From a virus: a stretch of 64,000 nucleotides of DNA. How positions within the stretch are numbered: position 1 is the first letter of the stretch; each line of letters begins with the position of its first letter. The notes under the pieces were generated by a model that saw only the letters and a program-made list of their open reading frames with translations, was not told where the DNA came from and made no database searches. Below, piece after piece: positions 18,424-28,888 of the stretch. The stretch is from the IMG/VR virus record IMGVR_UViG_3300032607_001425, positions 1 to 64,000 of that record; one strand, given 5' to 3'. Position numbers and translations under genes: made by a program.

Positions 18424-19866
18424 TTAGCTAACTTCCAACCCTAAATTAAGAATAAAGTATATTAGATAATCATAATAATTGTGATAGACTGGTATTGTAG
18501 GGTCTTCCCATAGCGATTTGTCCTTATACTTTAAAAAAGTAATTGACGTAAAGTCTCCTTGAGATCCTACTTCGTATCCTACGTTACATCTACGTAAGGT
18601 CTCTAGTATCTTTCCTATATCATGCTTATTATGTACCAATAGTTGTAGCTGTGTGTTTCCATCTTTGTCTAAAAAGAATCTTACAACTAAGTCAGAGTTG
18701 TCTCGTTGAGGATGAATATACTTTTTGTAATCATCTCTTCTTTTATTAATCTGATCCAATACCTTCTCCAGGGTATGTCCTCTTTCATTTACATCCCTCT
18801 GTATCTTCCATTGTGTTTTTAATTGTTCATCTGTATCTATGAATATTTTTAGATTGTATAAATGATCATCTTTGCTATATAAACTATGTAGTCCACATAC
18901 AATTGTATTCTCACTTGGTTCTATTAGCTGACTCTCTGTGAAGGTTCCTGTCTTATGATCATAGTCTACCTGGTATATTGAATTTCCTAACTTAAGGTTG
19001 AATATATCTTCATTCATTTTTGTTATGTAGTTTGCATCAGGATTTAGGTGTGTATACTTTTCCCAATTTTGATTCCCTCTTTCCCACTTATGGTACCTAT
19101 CGCACTCTAATGCAAAAGAGTTTGAAAAGAACTTTTTAAGTAAGTTTGTAAGAGTTGTCTTTCCAGAACCGGAATCTCCACAAATACCAAATACATTACA
19201 TTTTGATAGTATTATTTCATAATCTAAATTAAGTAGCTTGTAGTTGGTACCGGTGTCGGCAAGGTAGTGGTATAGTGACGTTTCTGATACCGGACCTGTC
19301 TTGCTTATTAAATCCTGGAGGTGTTCATAGATGTTGAAGTAGGTATCCATTGCTGTTGAAGTTCCATATGCAAAAGTATCACATAGGTACTGGTCACTTG
19401 AATTGGTTAGCTTGACTCTATCTATTTTACTGTCTTTGGGTATGTAGATTCCATTACCACTATCTAAAGCTTCTTCGAAATTAATCTCTTCTTTAAGAAG
19501 AACGTCGGGTCTATACCTGATAACTAGATCGTATTTAAAGTTAGAGGATGCTTCTTCAACTTTCTTTAGTTCATTGAGTCTGTATAACTTACTCCACTGG
19601 TTCATGGTTGCATTCTCTAATTTGTGATCTGAGTACTTCCTGTTTGTTTCTATTAGTACGCTAGTAGGGTTTAGTATTGAAATAACTTTTTCAAAGTCTT
19701 TATTCTCATTTATTAAATTAAAGTATCTATCTTCTCGGTTTTCATTTTTAGTTATGTGAAGAAATACATCAACATCAAAAGATTGTTCAATTAGTTGATT
19801 TTTTATAAAAGTAATACCACTTTCATAGTTTCTTAAATATCCAGATATCAATAAGGCAGCTCTCAT
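18424..19866 (-). CDS. fusion: putative glycosyltransferase-like domain + phosphoribulokinase/uridine-kinase domain
   Basis: N-terminal ALLISGYLR...YDLVIRYRPD...DxFAYG; C-terminal GDSGSGKTT, DRYHKWER, YDH, GLH, KIQRDxxERG. Confidence 0.8.
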   Translation of the reverse strand: MRAALLISGYLRNYESGITFIKNQLIEQSFDVDVFLHITKNENREDRYFNLINENKDFEKVISILNPTSVLIETNRKYSDHKLENATMNQWSKLYRLNELKKVEEASSNFKYDLVIRYRPDVLLKEEINFEEALDSGNGIYIPKDSKIDRVKLTNSSDQYLCDTFAYGTSTAMDTYFNIYEHLQDLISKTGPVSETSLYHYLADTGTNYKLLNLDYEIILSKCNVFGICGDSGSGKTTLTNLLKKFFSNSFALECDRYHKWERGNQNWEKYTHLNPDANYITKMNEDIFNLKLGNSIYQVDYDHKTGTFTESQLIEPSENTIVCGLHSLYSKDDHLYNLKIFIDTDEQLKTQWKIQRDVNERGHTLEKVLDQINKRRDDYKKYIHPQRDNSDLVVRFFLDKDGNTQLQLLVHNKHDIGKILETLRRCNVGYEVGSQGDFTSITFLKYKDKSLWEDPTIPVYHNYYDYLIYFILNLGLEVS

Positions 19867-20759
19867 ATTATCAAATTTATATTTTTATTATTACTCTCAA
19901 TCATTTGCTTAACAGTATTTTTTAGATTGCCCTTGTTAAAAATTCTATCGTAATACTCCTCGTAGTTCCTATTAACATCTAATACTTTACTTGGCAAGTC
20001 TTTATAATCAGCCCATATAATAGATTCACTGTATGGAATTTTTTCCTTTAACGGTACATGTTCACTCACAATTAGTACACCCCTAAGGAGAGCAGGTAGC
20101 ACTCTAAGTTCTTCAAAGGTGTCGTGGTGATTGGTCTGGTGTATATTTACGAGTATTTTAGTTCTGTTATAGAGTGCTTGTAGTGCTTTACTTTCAAAAC
20201 AATTTGTAACGTTGTTAATGTTTATATTTAAGTTTCGCATCTTATCAACAATAAAGTCTCTCCTTTCATTCCCACTATTAAATAGACATACAATATCGTC
20301 CCTTCCCTGCATAGTGCCATATCGTTCCTCATACAGTGTCGGGTATACGTGAATCACCTTTTTAAGGTATTGGTCAAAAATACTGTTAGTACTAATGTTA
20401 TACATGTTAGGAAAGCTGTACTCTATGACGTAATCCAGAGCATTATAGTATCCAAACTTTGGTATACGAATTAAATATACTTGCTGGTTTGCGTACTGCA
20501 CTGTGCCGTATATGTGCTCTTCGACGGATCTTCCACCTGCTTTTACCAATGTGTGTTCAACTTGAAGATCAATCCTAACTACTTTGTTTTGATTTGGAAA
20601 TACTACAGCATAAGGTCCAAGTACTACGTTTATGCTACCACTATAGTTTGCTAGCCGATCTCTTAAGAGAGATATGCAGTACATGTAGTATTCCCTAATA
20701 TGCATATCGTGTTCGAGATTGTATGCTAAGTAGCACTGATTTATCTGTTCTATTTTCAT
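19863..20759 (-). CDS. GT-B/CgeB-like glycosyltransferase
   Basis: KILVNIH...FEELRVxxAL..G..IVSE. Confidence 0.6.
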   Translation of the reverse strand: MKIEQINQCYLAYNLEHDMHIREYYMYCISLLRDRLANYSGSINVVLGPYAVVFPNQNKVVRIDLQVEHTLVKAGGRSVEEHIYGTVQYANQQVYLIRIPKFGYYNALDYVIEYSFPNMYNISTNSIFDQYLKKVIHVYPTLYEERYGTMQGRDDIVCLFNSGNERRDFIVDKMRNLNININNVTNCFESKALQALYNRTKILVNIHQTNHHDTFEELRVLPALLRGVLIVSEHVPLKEKIPYSESIIWADYKDLPSKVLDVNRNYEEYYDRIFNKGNLKNTVKQMIESNNKNINLII

Positions 20760-21524
20760 TTAATACTTATCTACTGTGTTTTCATTTTTTTGTTGGACTA
20801 CTTTTGTAAAGAAGCTGTCGACATTGTCGTGGTACGGATCAACTGTCCAACAGTCATACTTCTCTTTTAAGTCTCTAATATCACCATCTAGATCGAAGTT
20901 GGAATATCCATTTAACTCCCACAATATTCTTGCTAGGTACCTCTCAGCTCCTTCACTATCCAGTCTTGTCTGCTGTACTATTGTTTTTAAAATGCGGTAA
21001 AGCTCCTCAGCATGCACACTATCTATAATAAAGCTACTGCACCAACAAAACGTAATCTTGTCTAAATTGTTATTCATTCCTAGATTTTCTAGAACAGGAT
21101 ACCATACTTCTCTACAAGCCCCATCTGGGTAGTAGCTGTTTATTGGACAGGCCTTTATGTTCAAGTCTCTTAGTGCTTTGTAGTCTAATCCTTTATTTAA
21201 GATAAAATTATCTTGTGTGAAGTTGATGTAGCTGTACTTATGTATAAGCTGATTTGCTATTAGGTAGTGCAATCCAACTTGATATGCCCCTAGTTCAAAC
21301 TTGCTCTGTATATTGTTATCTAAAAATACTACATTTAACCTACTATCAATAGTCTCAAATACCTCATCCTTGTAGGTAGAATTATTATCTACTACAATAA
21401 CCAAAGCTTCTGGATAATACTCGAAGATGCGTTCCGTGTATAGTTTTAGGTAGGATGGGTATCCTCTGAAATACTTATGAGCTATGATAAAGCAAACTTT
21501 GTTAGGATGTACTAGTTGTTCCAT
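20760..21524 (-). CDS. putative glycosyltransferase (GT-A-like)
   Basis: IVVDNNS, FELGA, TQD; island context. Confidence 0.55.
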   Translation of the reverse strand: MEQLVHPNKVCFIIAHKYFRGYPSYLKLYTERIFEYYPEALVIVVDNNSTYKDEVFETIDSRLNVVFLDNNIQSKFELGAYQVGLHYLIANQLIHKYSYINFTQDNFILNKGLDYKALRDLNIKACPINSYYPDGACREVWYPVLENLGMNNNLDKITFCWCSSFIIDSVHAEELYRILKTIVQQTRLDSEGAERYLARILWELNGYSNFDLDGDIRDLKEKYDCWTVDPYHDNVDSFFTKVVQQKNENTVDKY

Positions 21525-22297
21525 TTTTTTGAATTTTTTAAATTATACTTATCTACTATCTGGATGTAGTGTTCTTTTACGTCAGAATAGGGTTGGTTAT
21601 ATATTGTTGTATAGGTTTCGTTTAGTGGTACTAGTCTACCGCCATGACTAATATGAAAGTACATAAAAAAGTCCACACAGTCAAAATGTCCACAACTAAC
21701 TTTAGTTGCTGTGTGTAGTTTGTATATGTTAAATTGTTTACAAAAAATTTGAACATCTAAATCTTCTATGTTTCTATAAGTTTTATGTGGAAAGTTATTT
21801 AGTATTTCTAACAAACAAGATTTTTTCCAAATCGAAGGATTAACATTGTATACATAGCTATGCGCATCTTCCTGCTTTACTAACAAGGTAGTTTGTCCTA
21901 TATAGGCAGTTAAGTCGTATAGCATACTACAGTTCATGTTGTCTGTGTATTTTAGATCAACTCTGTCAATATTTTCAACTAACATAGCTTGGTGTATTAT
22001 ATTGACTACATCATCGTCACAGTGTAGCAATATGTCTATGTCATGCATAAATAAGAAATATTCACAATTGAGTTGAGATATGCAGTAGCTAAGTCTTGTA
22101 GCATAGGTGTCATAATCATTGTAGAATATAACTTGTTGATATCTTGCGTATAGGTAGTCTAATTCAAGATTGTTTTTATTAATACACAAAATACAATTGC
22201 TTCGATTAGATGTAACATACTCAGATTGTATTTCTAATATATCTAAGTAGTCTGTATGTGAGTACACTACGTACGTCAGTAAACTATTTTGGTCCAT
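21512..22297 (-). CDS. putative glycosyltransferase
   Basis: YSHTDY, FMHDID, YNVNPSIWK; island context. Confidence 0.55.
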   Translation of the reverse strand: MDQNSLLTYVVYSHTDYLDILEIQSEYVTSNRSNCILCINKNNLELDYLYARYQQVIFYNDYDTYATRLSYCISQLNCEYFLFMHDIDILLHCDDDVVNIIHQAMLVENIDRVDLKYTDNMNCSMLYDLTAYIGQTTLLVKQEDAHSYVYNVNPSIWKKSCLLEILNNFPHKTYRNIEDLDVQIFCKQFNIYKLHTATKVSCGHFDCVDFFMYFHISHGGRLVPLNETYTTIYNQPYSDVKEHYIQIVDKYNLKNSKKWNN

Positions 22298-23522
22298 ATA
22301 AAACTTTTTTTAATTTTTCTAAATCTACTACCCATCGACAGTTTAACCCGTTGTCTAGTTTTTTACAACTACTTGACTCTACTGTAATTGTTTTAAATTC
22401 CACAGAACTATTCCATCCAGCAACTGGTTGATCTAGGTATGAGATAGTTACCTTAGTGCTTTCTATTGAAGTAATTTCTCCTACAATACCTTCGTACTGC
22501 ACTCTCATATATTTCTGAAAATTTTCCTTAGATGCTAGAGATGTATGTTGGAATAGGTTTCTATCTACTTGAGAAAAGCTATGTAAAAATCTTTCATTAA
22601 TCTCCAAAAACCCTGGTGAGCATATCGCTGTTAATTTACATTTAGTATTTCCAAATAATGTGTTAGCTAGACCTCCTCCAATGGCTCCTACTACGTGAGT
22701 AGCATTGCTAAAGAGTTGTATCTTTTGATGTGTAGTTAGTAGCTCTGTAAATACTTCTTCGTACCCAATTGTCGATAGGTACTCCACTAGCTCTTGTTCA
22801 TTTACCAAAAGCCTTCTACTTGTATAATTGGTTCCTATATTTGACAGGTCATTGTGCTTCCAGGTCTGTCTCGATATGTAAATTTTCTTAGGAAAAGTTT
22901 CAGTAGTATTCTTTAAAGCTTCTTGTTTTATTGTATTATATAGTCTATAGATTTCTTCCCTTGGAGGTACGTTTGAATCAAAACCGTGTGTGTAGGAATC
23001 TGAGATGTGTATATTATTGTACTTTGTGTTTTTCTGTGCTATTATGATGTTGCTCTCTTCTATTCCTAGTAACTTTAAAAATTCTAATACAAATTTATAG
23101 TGTGAATCTTTTTGAGGATTGGGATAGGTCATTAATAGCTTAACATCTTTCTGCTTTCTTAATGTCAAATAGCTTATTAGGTAAGGCAGTGTATCGTATA
23201 GAAAGTGGTAGTAGTTGTCTGTATTGTATGCAAAAAAGAATACATCAGAAAACACCTCACTGCTATAGCTCGGAGCTGTAATGTCAAAAGAGGTAGGTGC
23301 TACTTCTCGGAGAGACATTACTTTTTCATCTATAGGATTAAATATCTGATCCTGCCTCTCACTGTATAGCAGAACCTTAGGATACTGTAGTGCGTTGTCT
23401 ACAAATATGCAATCTTCTAACTTGTATATGTTGATAGCTCTTCGATTAGCATCCTCGGGTAGGTAGAGCACCTTGTCCTCTATCTCAGTCAGGTGATTTA
23501 TTTTATAAGTATTCTTTTCCAA
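22284..23522 (-). CDS. GT61 (DUF563) glycosyltransferase
   Basis: NYYHFLYDTLP, KIYISR, RxLxNE, QxxLFSNAxHVVGAIGGGLAN. Confidence 0.8.
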   Translation of the reverse strand: MEKNTYKINHLTEIEDKVLYLPEDANRRAINIYKLEDCIFVDNALQYPKVLLYSERQDQIFNPIDEKVMSLREVAPTSFDITAPSYSSEVFSDVFFFAYNTDNYYHFLYDTLPYLISYLTLRKQKDVKLLMTYPNPQKDSHYKFVLEFLKLLGIEESNIIIAQKNTKYNNIHISDSYTHGFDSNVPPREEIYRLYNTIKQEALKNTTETFPKKIYISRQTWKHNDLSNIGTNYTSRRLLVNEQELVEYLSTIGYEEVFTELLTTHQKIQLFSNATHVVGAIGGGLANTLFGNTKCKLTAICSPGFLEINERFLHSFSQVDRNLFQHTSLASKENFQKYMRVQYEGIVGEITSIESTKVTISYLDQPVAGWNSSVEFKTITVESSSCKKLDNGLNCRWVVDLEKLKKVLYGPK

Positions 23523-24330
23523 AAGTTACCAACTGTTCATTATAGTTATCTAAAATATATTGCTTATAACCTTTCTTTTCTAATATTGTATTAAAAATTG
23601 AAGGATTAATTTCTATACCTGCAACAATATCCTCTGGGGTGGCTACGGTATTGAATTGTAAGTTATTTACAACAGGATCGTACCTATCATTTATAAACTC
23701 AACACTATGGTTGTAATTTATAAATTCATAATGTTTGTACCAAAGCTGCTTAAGAGCATAAAACTCTGTGTTGATTGCCTGCAAGTGTATTACTCCTATA
23801 TCGTGAGTCACTGCTGCTGGTAGATGTATCTGTGGTGTTCTAGGTGTATGGTACTTCCATTGGGTTAGATCAAAGTGTCCTGTATGTTTCATAGGTAGTA
23901 TGAAACTTCTGTAGTTGCTAGCATAGGATGGATCCTGTCTCAACTTATTTACAGAACCTTCTACCACATTGTACCAGTAAAGTAGGAAGTTGGTAGTCTC
24001 ATAATTTTGTAAAATATCTTGAAACATTCCTTCAAAGTTTGCAGAAAGTAACTCATCACAATCTATAGTAAGTACGTAGTCTGCTCCTACTTTCCTACTA
24101 TATTCCAGCATTGCTGATCTATTATGGGATTCGCTAAAGGTGTTACGATCACTGTCAATTATATGTAATCTGTCTACTGGTATGTGTTTCTTAATAACGT
24201 CTACTGTGCTATCGCTGGAGCTGTCGTTAAAGAATACAAACTTATCTACAGGATACTTTACCCAGAAGGGAAGAACTACTTGTAGTAAATCTTCCTCGTC
24301 CTTTACCATTGTGTTAAAATGTACTAACAT
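23503..24330 (-). CDS. glycosyltransferase family 2-like
   Basis: TMVKDE, NDSSSDST, IDCDE. Confidence 0.75.
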   Translation of the reverse strand: MLVHFNTMVKDEEDLLQVVLPFWVKYPVDKFVFFNDSSSDSTVDVIKKHIPVDRLHIIDSDRNTFSESHNRSAMLEYSRKVGADYVLTIDCDELLSANFEGMFQDILQNYETTNFLLYWYNVVEGSVNKLRQDPSYASNYRSFILPMKHTGHFDLTQWKYHTPRTPQIHLPAAVTHDIGVIHLQAINTEFYALKQLWYKHYEFINYNHSVEFINDRYDPVVNNLQFNTVATPEDIVAGIEINPSIFNTILEKKGYKQYILDNYNEQLVTFGKEYL

Positions 24331-25110
24331 CTATTCGTAAGATTCATTTAGAGAGTTAAACTTTTTCATATTATGTTTGTTTTTTTTCACAAACATTTCA
24401 TAAGGATACTGTTGATAGTCTTCCCATACCTTTCTCATTGGAGTATCCCACATTCCTTTAAATCCATTGGCGTCTGGGGTGTATTTTGCTTCTCGAAGTC
24501 TTTTATTAACTGTCGGCTTGTTATCGACATGTATTTCGGAATTAATTGGCATATCATCGTACCTTGCAGCATTGTATATTCCACTTACTAATAATGTAGG
24601 TATGTTTTCGTTAAACATTTCTGCATACCTATGTACCATATCTCCATCCTCTTCTCCTAACGCTAGCAGTCTCTCATCGAAGTAGCCTAGTGTATGTAGC
24701 ATCTGCTTTGTAATTACAAAGTGTGAAAATCCATAATTCAAAGTAAAAAACTCAGCTTGAGTATTATCCAATTGCTCTCCAATAGTTTTTACGATATCTG
24801 CTTCATACTTAACATCATCTCCCATTACAAGTACATAGTCTGTTCTACTGAAGATTACAAGGTTGTTCCATAGTTTTGATAGACTTTTAAACTCAGGACA
24901 AACAAATGGATAGCAGTTACTCACTGTTGCACAGAAGTTAAGCATATCCATTCTATAGTCCTCATCTGTTAACTCCTCATTGTTTCCATTAATTATAAGA
25001 ATAATATCAACCTCCTCTTCACTATTTTGCCGAATACTTCGTACTAACTCTTTTACAATTTCTCTACGTTCCTTAAATGTTACAATTCCTATACTGATTT
25101 TATTTTTCAT
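24331..25110 (-). CDS. glycosyltransferase family 2
   Basis: ISIGIVT, WN, MGDD, GYFDER...GEEDGD. Confidence 0.8.
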   Translation of the reverse strand: MKNKISIGIVTFKERREIVKELVRSIRQNSEEEVDIILIINGNNEELTDEDYRMDMLNFCATVSNCYPFVCPEFKSLSKLWNNLVIFSRTDYVLVMGDDVKYEADIVKTIGEQLDNTQAEFFTLNYGFSHFVITKQMLHTLGYFDERLLALGEEDGDMVHRYAEMFNENIPTLLVSGIYNAARYDDMPINSEIHVDNKPTVNKRLREAKYTPDANGFKGMWDTPMRKVWEDYQQYPYEMFVKKNKHNMKKFNSLNESYE

Positions 25111-25130
25111 ATGTGTATTAAATTAATTTA

Positions 25131-25883
25131 CTATAACCTTATATGCTCAATACTTACTTGTCTTGTGTTGAAGTTTTTATACTTCTCTAAAAGTCTTGTA
25201 TTCTGATCTAATACTATTTTATCTCTGTAGCTTACATTGCTTACCGTTTCCTGGTGATCTAGATACAAGCAAAGGATTTCAGGTATAAGTTTAAATTTGT
25301 AACCACTCTCTGCCATACGGAGCCACATTTCCCAGTCTCCAATTGTCTTAAAATTTATATAATCAAAGTATCCAATTTTGCTATGAATATCCTTTCGCCA
25401 CATAGGATCAGGTCCACATAGGCAGGCAGTTTTTGCATACAGTTCGTAGTTGTCAGGAAAGTTAGTATAAGTTTTGCCTTCTGGTTGTATTGTATAGAAA
25501 GTGTCCTCCACATCTTGTGTTGTTACATAGTAGTTGTACGCAACTGAGTACTCTGGGTTGTTGTATAGTAGCTCGTACTTAATCTTTGTGTTGGTAGGAT
25601 ACCTTAGATCGTCTATATTCCAGTTAGTCACATACTGAGTTGTAGAAGCTTGTATTCCAATATTCCAAGCATTATACACTCCTAACTGTTTATCTTCTTG
25701 TATAAACCTTATGTTAGGATACTGTCGCAATACGTCTAATTGTGGACCTTCTTCTGAGTATACAACTATATGCTCTGTTTCTTCGAACAGTTCTTGCTCT
25801 ATTACATTAGCGGCAAATCTTGTAATAAACTTGCCATACACATGTAGTGGTCCAATTGCTGTTATACTAGTTAGTTTGTACAT
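25131..25883 (-). CDS. glycosyltransferase family 2
   Basis: GVYNAWNxGI, NWNIDD, GPDPMWRK, GDWEMWLR. Confidence 0.85.
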   Translation of the reverse strand: MYKLTSITAIGPLHVYGKFITRFAANVIEQELFEETEHIVVYSEEGPQLDVLRQYPNIRFIQEDKQLGVYNAWNIGIQASTTQYVTNWNIDDLRYPTNTKIKYELLYNNPEYSVAYNYYVTTQDVEDTFYTIQPEGKTYTNFPDNYELYAKTACLCGPDPMWRKDIHSKIGYFDYINFKTIGDWEMWLRMAESGYKFKLIPEILCLYLDHQETVSNVSYRDKIVLDQNTRLLEKYKNFNTRQVSIEHIRL

Positions 25884-26860
25884 AGATATAATATAGTACT
25901 TAATTTCTGATTAAACAACTCTCTACTGTAATATTTTTTATAATTCTCCTTAGCTGTCTTACTGCACTGCTGATAGAACTTACCATCGTCTCTGAGTCTT
26001 TCAGCTAGCATTGCTGCCTTTTCTACATCTTCTACATCCACTGCTAGGTCTGGATGACAAAGTCTTTGTGTATCTACTTTTTCATTTCCTATGCAAGGTA
26101 TGCCAAAATAAGCACAATTTAAACTAAACGTACCAGCTGCTATGGTTGGCATGAGGTGTACTGCATATTTGAATGAGCTTAACTGCTTCATCCAATCTGT
26201 CCAGTATGCTCTTGGTAAGTGGTTTATTAATTGATCTTCCCCCTCTCTCATTGCGTGAGAAGTCTGTCCCCATATCGGAACATCAAACCTTTGTGCCACT
26301 GTGAAGCTTTCCATTCCTCCGTACCATCTAGCAAAATTTCCTCCTATGATAACTTTTTCCTCTGTAACAGGTTGAATACTTTCTACTATAGAATCTATCA
26401 TTAGAGTAGGCATAACATGCACAGGTACGTTAGGAAACATTCCTTTATAGTATTTTACATCATGTTCGTTGTGGGCAAAGATTCCATCACAAGCTACCAT
26501 CATGTTAAAGAACCTAACTTGATCAACCATATTATAATCATTCCACCACCAGTGAGGTCCCTCTTGGATACAGTATACTTTCTTATTATTTAGTTTTAAT
26601 CTCTCTACTGGTTCTTTTACTAGAAGATCGCTTACTGGGTTTGTTCCATCTACTATCTGCGAACCTTCTGCACTCAGGTATACTCTTCCTTTGGGAAAGA
26701 TTATAAAAATATGATTATAGTCTCTAACTTTAGGGAAATCGTGTATGTTAAAGTGGTCAGCATCTAATGCATGCATCCAAGCAAACTCTGTTCGCATATT
26801 AGGATGGTTGGAGGGAATCTTTCCTTCAAATCCCATCTCTGTTAAGAATGCTATCTTCAT
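25871..26860 (-). CDS. GT-B fold glycosyltransferase
   Basis: HLMPTxAAGTFSLNCAYFGIPCIG. Confidence 0.7.
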   Translation of the reverse strand: MKIAFLTEMGFEGKIPSNHPNMRTEFAWMHALDADHFNIHDFPKVRDYNHIFIIFPKGRVYLSAEGSQIVDGTNPVSDLLVKEPVERLKLNNKKVYCIQEGPHWWWNDYNMVDQVRFFNMMVACDGIFAHNEHDVKYYKGMFPNVPVHVMPTLMIDSIVESIQPVTEEKVIIGGNFARWYGGMESFTVAQRFDVPIWGQTSHAMREGEDQLINHLPRAYWTDWMKQLSSFKYAVHLMPTIAAGTFSLNCAYFGIPCIGNEKVDTQRLCHPDLAVDVEDVEKAAMLAERLRDDGKFYQQCSKTAKENYKKYYSRELFNQKLSTILYLCTN

Positions 26861-27483
26861 AGTGTATTGTAATAGTTATTTTGTTTTTCTTGTCTGTCTA
26901 TTGTCTTTGGATGATATAGTGCATACTCCTCTTCTCTAGGAAGCAGAGACATTGTCTTGTATCCGTCAAGTACTTCGTGAACCTTCTTCTTCCATTTTAT
27001 AGTAGGATCGTTTCTATAAATTCTCCATTGGTAGTCCGGGAAGTTTACCCAACCTCTGTCATCTACATTCCATCTCCATTGACGAATATGGTCTTGCGTT
27101 AATCCTTCTACAGTGTTTACTCTAGGTACAAGAAATACATCTACCTCTTGATTAATTTCTAAGATGTATGGAAGTGCGTTAATAAGTTCTTCGTTAGGAA
27201 GTTCATCTGCATCTATCTGGAATATGTAATCTCCTGTACAATGTGATGTTAGTTTGTTTTTCCAATCAGCAAAGTGTCCTTGAAATGCATCTCTATAGCA
27301 TTGTATTTCGGTAGGGAGTGTTAGCAAGTACTTGTACACCTCATCTTTTCCATTTGAATGATCAAGGAGTATTACTACCTCATCATCCTCTCTTTTGCTA
27401 GAAAGGAGGAAGTTGACTAGTCTTTTCACTTCCTCCAATTCATTGCAAACTGTGATCCCGTATGACAACTTTATATTACTCAT
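26857..27483 (-). CDS. glycosyltransferase family 2
   Basis: SYGITVCNE, FADWKN, FQIDADE, PDYQWR, VHE. Confidence 0.85.
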   Translation of the reverse strand: MSNIKLSYGITVCNELEEVKRLVNFLLSSKREDDEVVILLDHSNGKDEVYKYLLTLPTEIQCYRDAFQGHFADWKNKLTSHCTGDYIFQIDADELPNEELINALPYILEINQEVDVFLVPRVNTVEGLTQDHIRQWRWNVDDRGWVNFPDYQWRIYRNDPTIKWKKKVHEVLDGYKTMSLLPREEEYALYHPKTIDRQEKQNNYYNTL

Positions 27484-28102
27484 ATCTTTTTCTTAGATTA
27501 TCTAACCAGGGTATAAACTGTAAATTATTAATTGAACCTATTATATTTGGATCTATTTTATTATTCCAACCTTCTTCTATAGAAATTCTATGATCTAACT
27601 GAAATCCTCCTTCTACTCCTGACCTTGTTCTAGGTTTGTCAAAATTTTCTAATTGATTTATGTCTTGTTGGTTTGTTATTCTCCAAACTTCTTTTCGATA
27701 CCTCTGCTTATCTTCTTTCCAGTTATTGTAAGTTTCCCAAGTCATACCTAAGTCCCTCATCTTCTTTCTAATAACCGGATGATTTTCTCCCGTCTTGGTC
27801 ATTAGCGGAGGATGAGTATTATTCTTAGCAGCACAAGATCTTCCACAATACTTAGCCAACTTATCTCTCTTAAATTCAGCTTTACACTCTTGACATATTT
27901 GCACTCCTATTCTACGCGCTTTATGAAAACATTTGCTAGAGCAAAATTTACTTGTCTCGTTCTTGTAGGGAAAGGGACTGTAAACTTCTTTACATTCTTC
28001 ACAGATCTTTTCCTGTCTTTTTCCTATAGGCTTCCTTAGCTTTTCCATCCAGTTTAGTTTTATTTCTCCAGTAATATTCCTTGGCCCATTTTCTTTGAGC
28101 AT
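27476..28102 (-). CDS. HNH homing endonuclease with zinc-finger N-terminus
   Basis: CxxC/FCSxxC repeats; GFQLDHRISI...NLQFIPWxDNLRK. Confidence 0.8.
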   Translation of the reverse strand: MLKENGPRNITGEIKLNWMEKLRKPIGKRQEKICEECKEVYSPFPYKNETSKFCSSKCFHKARRIGVQICQECKAEFKRDKLAKYCGRSCAAKNNTHPPLMTKTGENHPVIRKKMRDLGMTWETYNNWKEDKQRYRKEVWRITNQQDINQLENFDKPRTRSGVEGGFQLDHRISIEEGWNNKIDPNIIGSINNLQFIPWLDNLRKRYE

Positions 28103-28145
28103 CTTGTTGTTCTTCTACTGTATCGTATTTTTTTAATCTTCCCAT
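27999..28145 (-). CDS. small basic protein overlapping the HNH 5' end
   Basis: not in ORF track; MGRLKKYDTVEEQQDAQRKWAKEYYWRNKTKLDGKAKEAYRKKTGKDL, first ATG after late promoter 28152. Confidence 0.6.
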   Translation of the reverse strand: MGRLKKYDTVEEQQDAQRKWAKEYYWRNKTKLDGKAKEAYRKKTGKDL

Positions 28146-28249
28146 CTTTATTATAAATAGCTAGGTTTTTTAAAAAACTAAAAATAAAACTAAACTTAAT
28201 TGATCTCTTTTCATACTACTAATATACGAAATCTATTCCGATTATGCAA

Positions 28250-28888
28250 CTATGTTAAGGTAATTCTATTTGGAACTTTCTTTATAAGTCCTACCTGATA
28301 CCCTTCGAAAAGTACATCATACTGATTAGCGTACAGGCTCATGAACATCCGTATACCTAACTCAGGAGAGTTTATAGGAGACATATCTTTTAGATCCTTC
28401 CAACCAAAGTCGTCAAAGATTAAGATACCTCCTGGTCTAAGTAGCTTGTGCGCAAAGTACGCATCTACTAAAGTATCATCGGCTCGGTGCGAAGCATCTA
28501 TGTAAACTAAATCATACTTCTTTTCTTCACTAAGTTGTGGAAGAGTTTTTTGAGAAAAACCTTTATAAATTGTGAAGTCAATATTTGGGAAGAATGAAAT
28601 ATTGTGTTTAAAATTTTTTTCTATCGTAGATAGTCCCTGTGCTTGCCTATCCTTTTCATGAACCATTCCTGTCTCTGAGGTGCTTCCTTCAAAAGTGTCA
28701 ATCACGTCGTATGTACCTCCCATTTCAGTAAGTACGTTCTCGCATAACCATACTGTGGCTCTTCCTTCATAGCAGCCTATTTCAAGTACGTCTTTTATAT
28801 TTCGATCTGTATTCTTAAATACCTCAGTCCAGATTGGAATGGCTATGTCAAACCACTCTTCATTAAACCTATACCTTTCGTTAAACAT
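28250..28888 (-). CDS. class I SAM-dependent methyltransferase (Methyltransf_24-like)
   Basis: LEIGCYEGR, IDTF, YIDASH, PGGILIFDD. Confidence 0.85.
   Translation of the reverse strand: MFNERYRFNEEWFDIAIPIWTEVFKNTDRNIKDVLEIGCYEGRATVWLCENVLTEMGGTYDVIDTFEGSTSETGMVHEKDRQAQGLSTIEKNFKHNISFFPNIDFTIYKGFSQKTLPQLSEEKKYDLVYIDASHRADDTLVDAYFAHKLLRPGGILIFDDFGWKDLKDMSPINSPELGIRMFMSLYANQYDVLFEGYQVGLIKKVPNRITLT

Noticed and set aside
28172-28214. Mini-ORF MKRDQLSLVLFLVF as an orphan 5' end of the downstream GT2
   Set aside because: Similarity to MSNIKLS is too weak to support, unlike the queD case.
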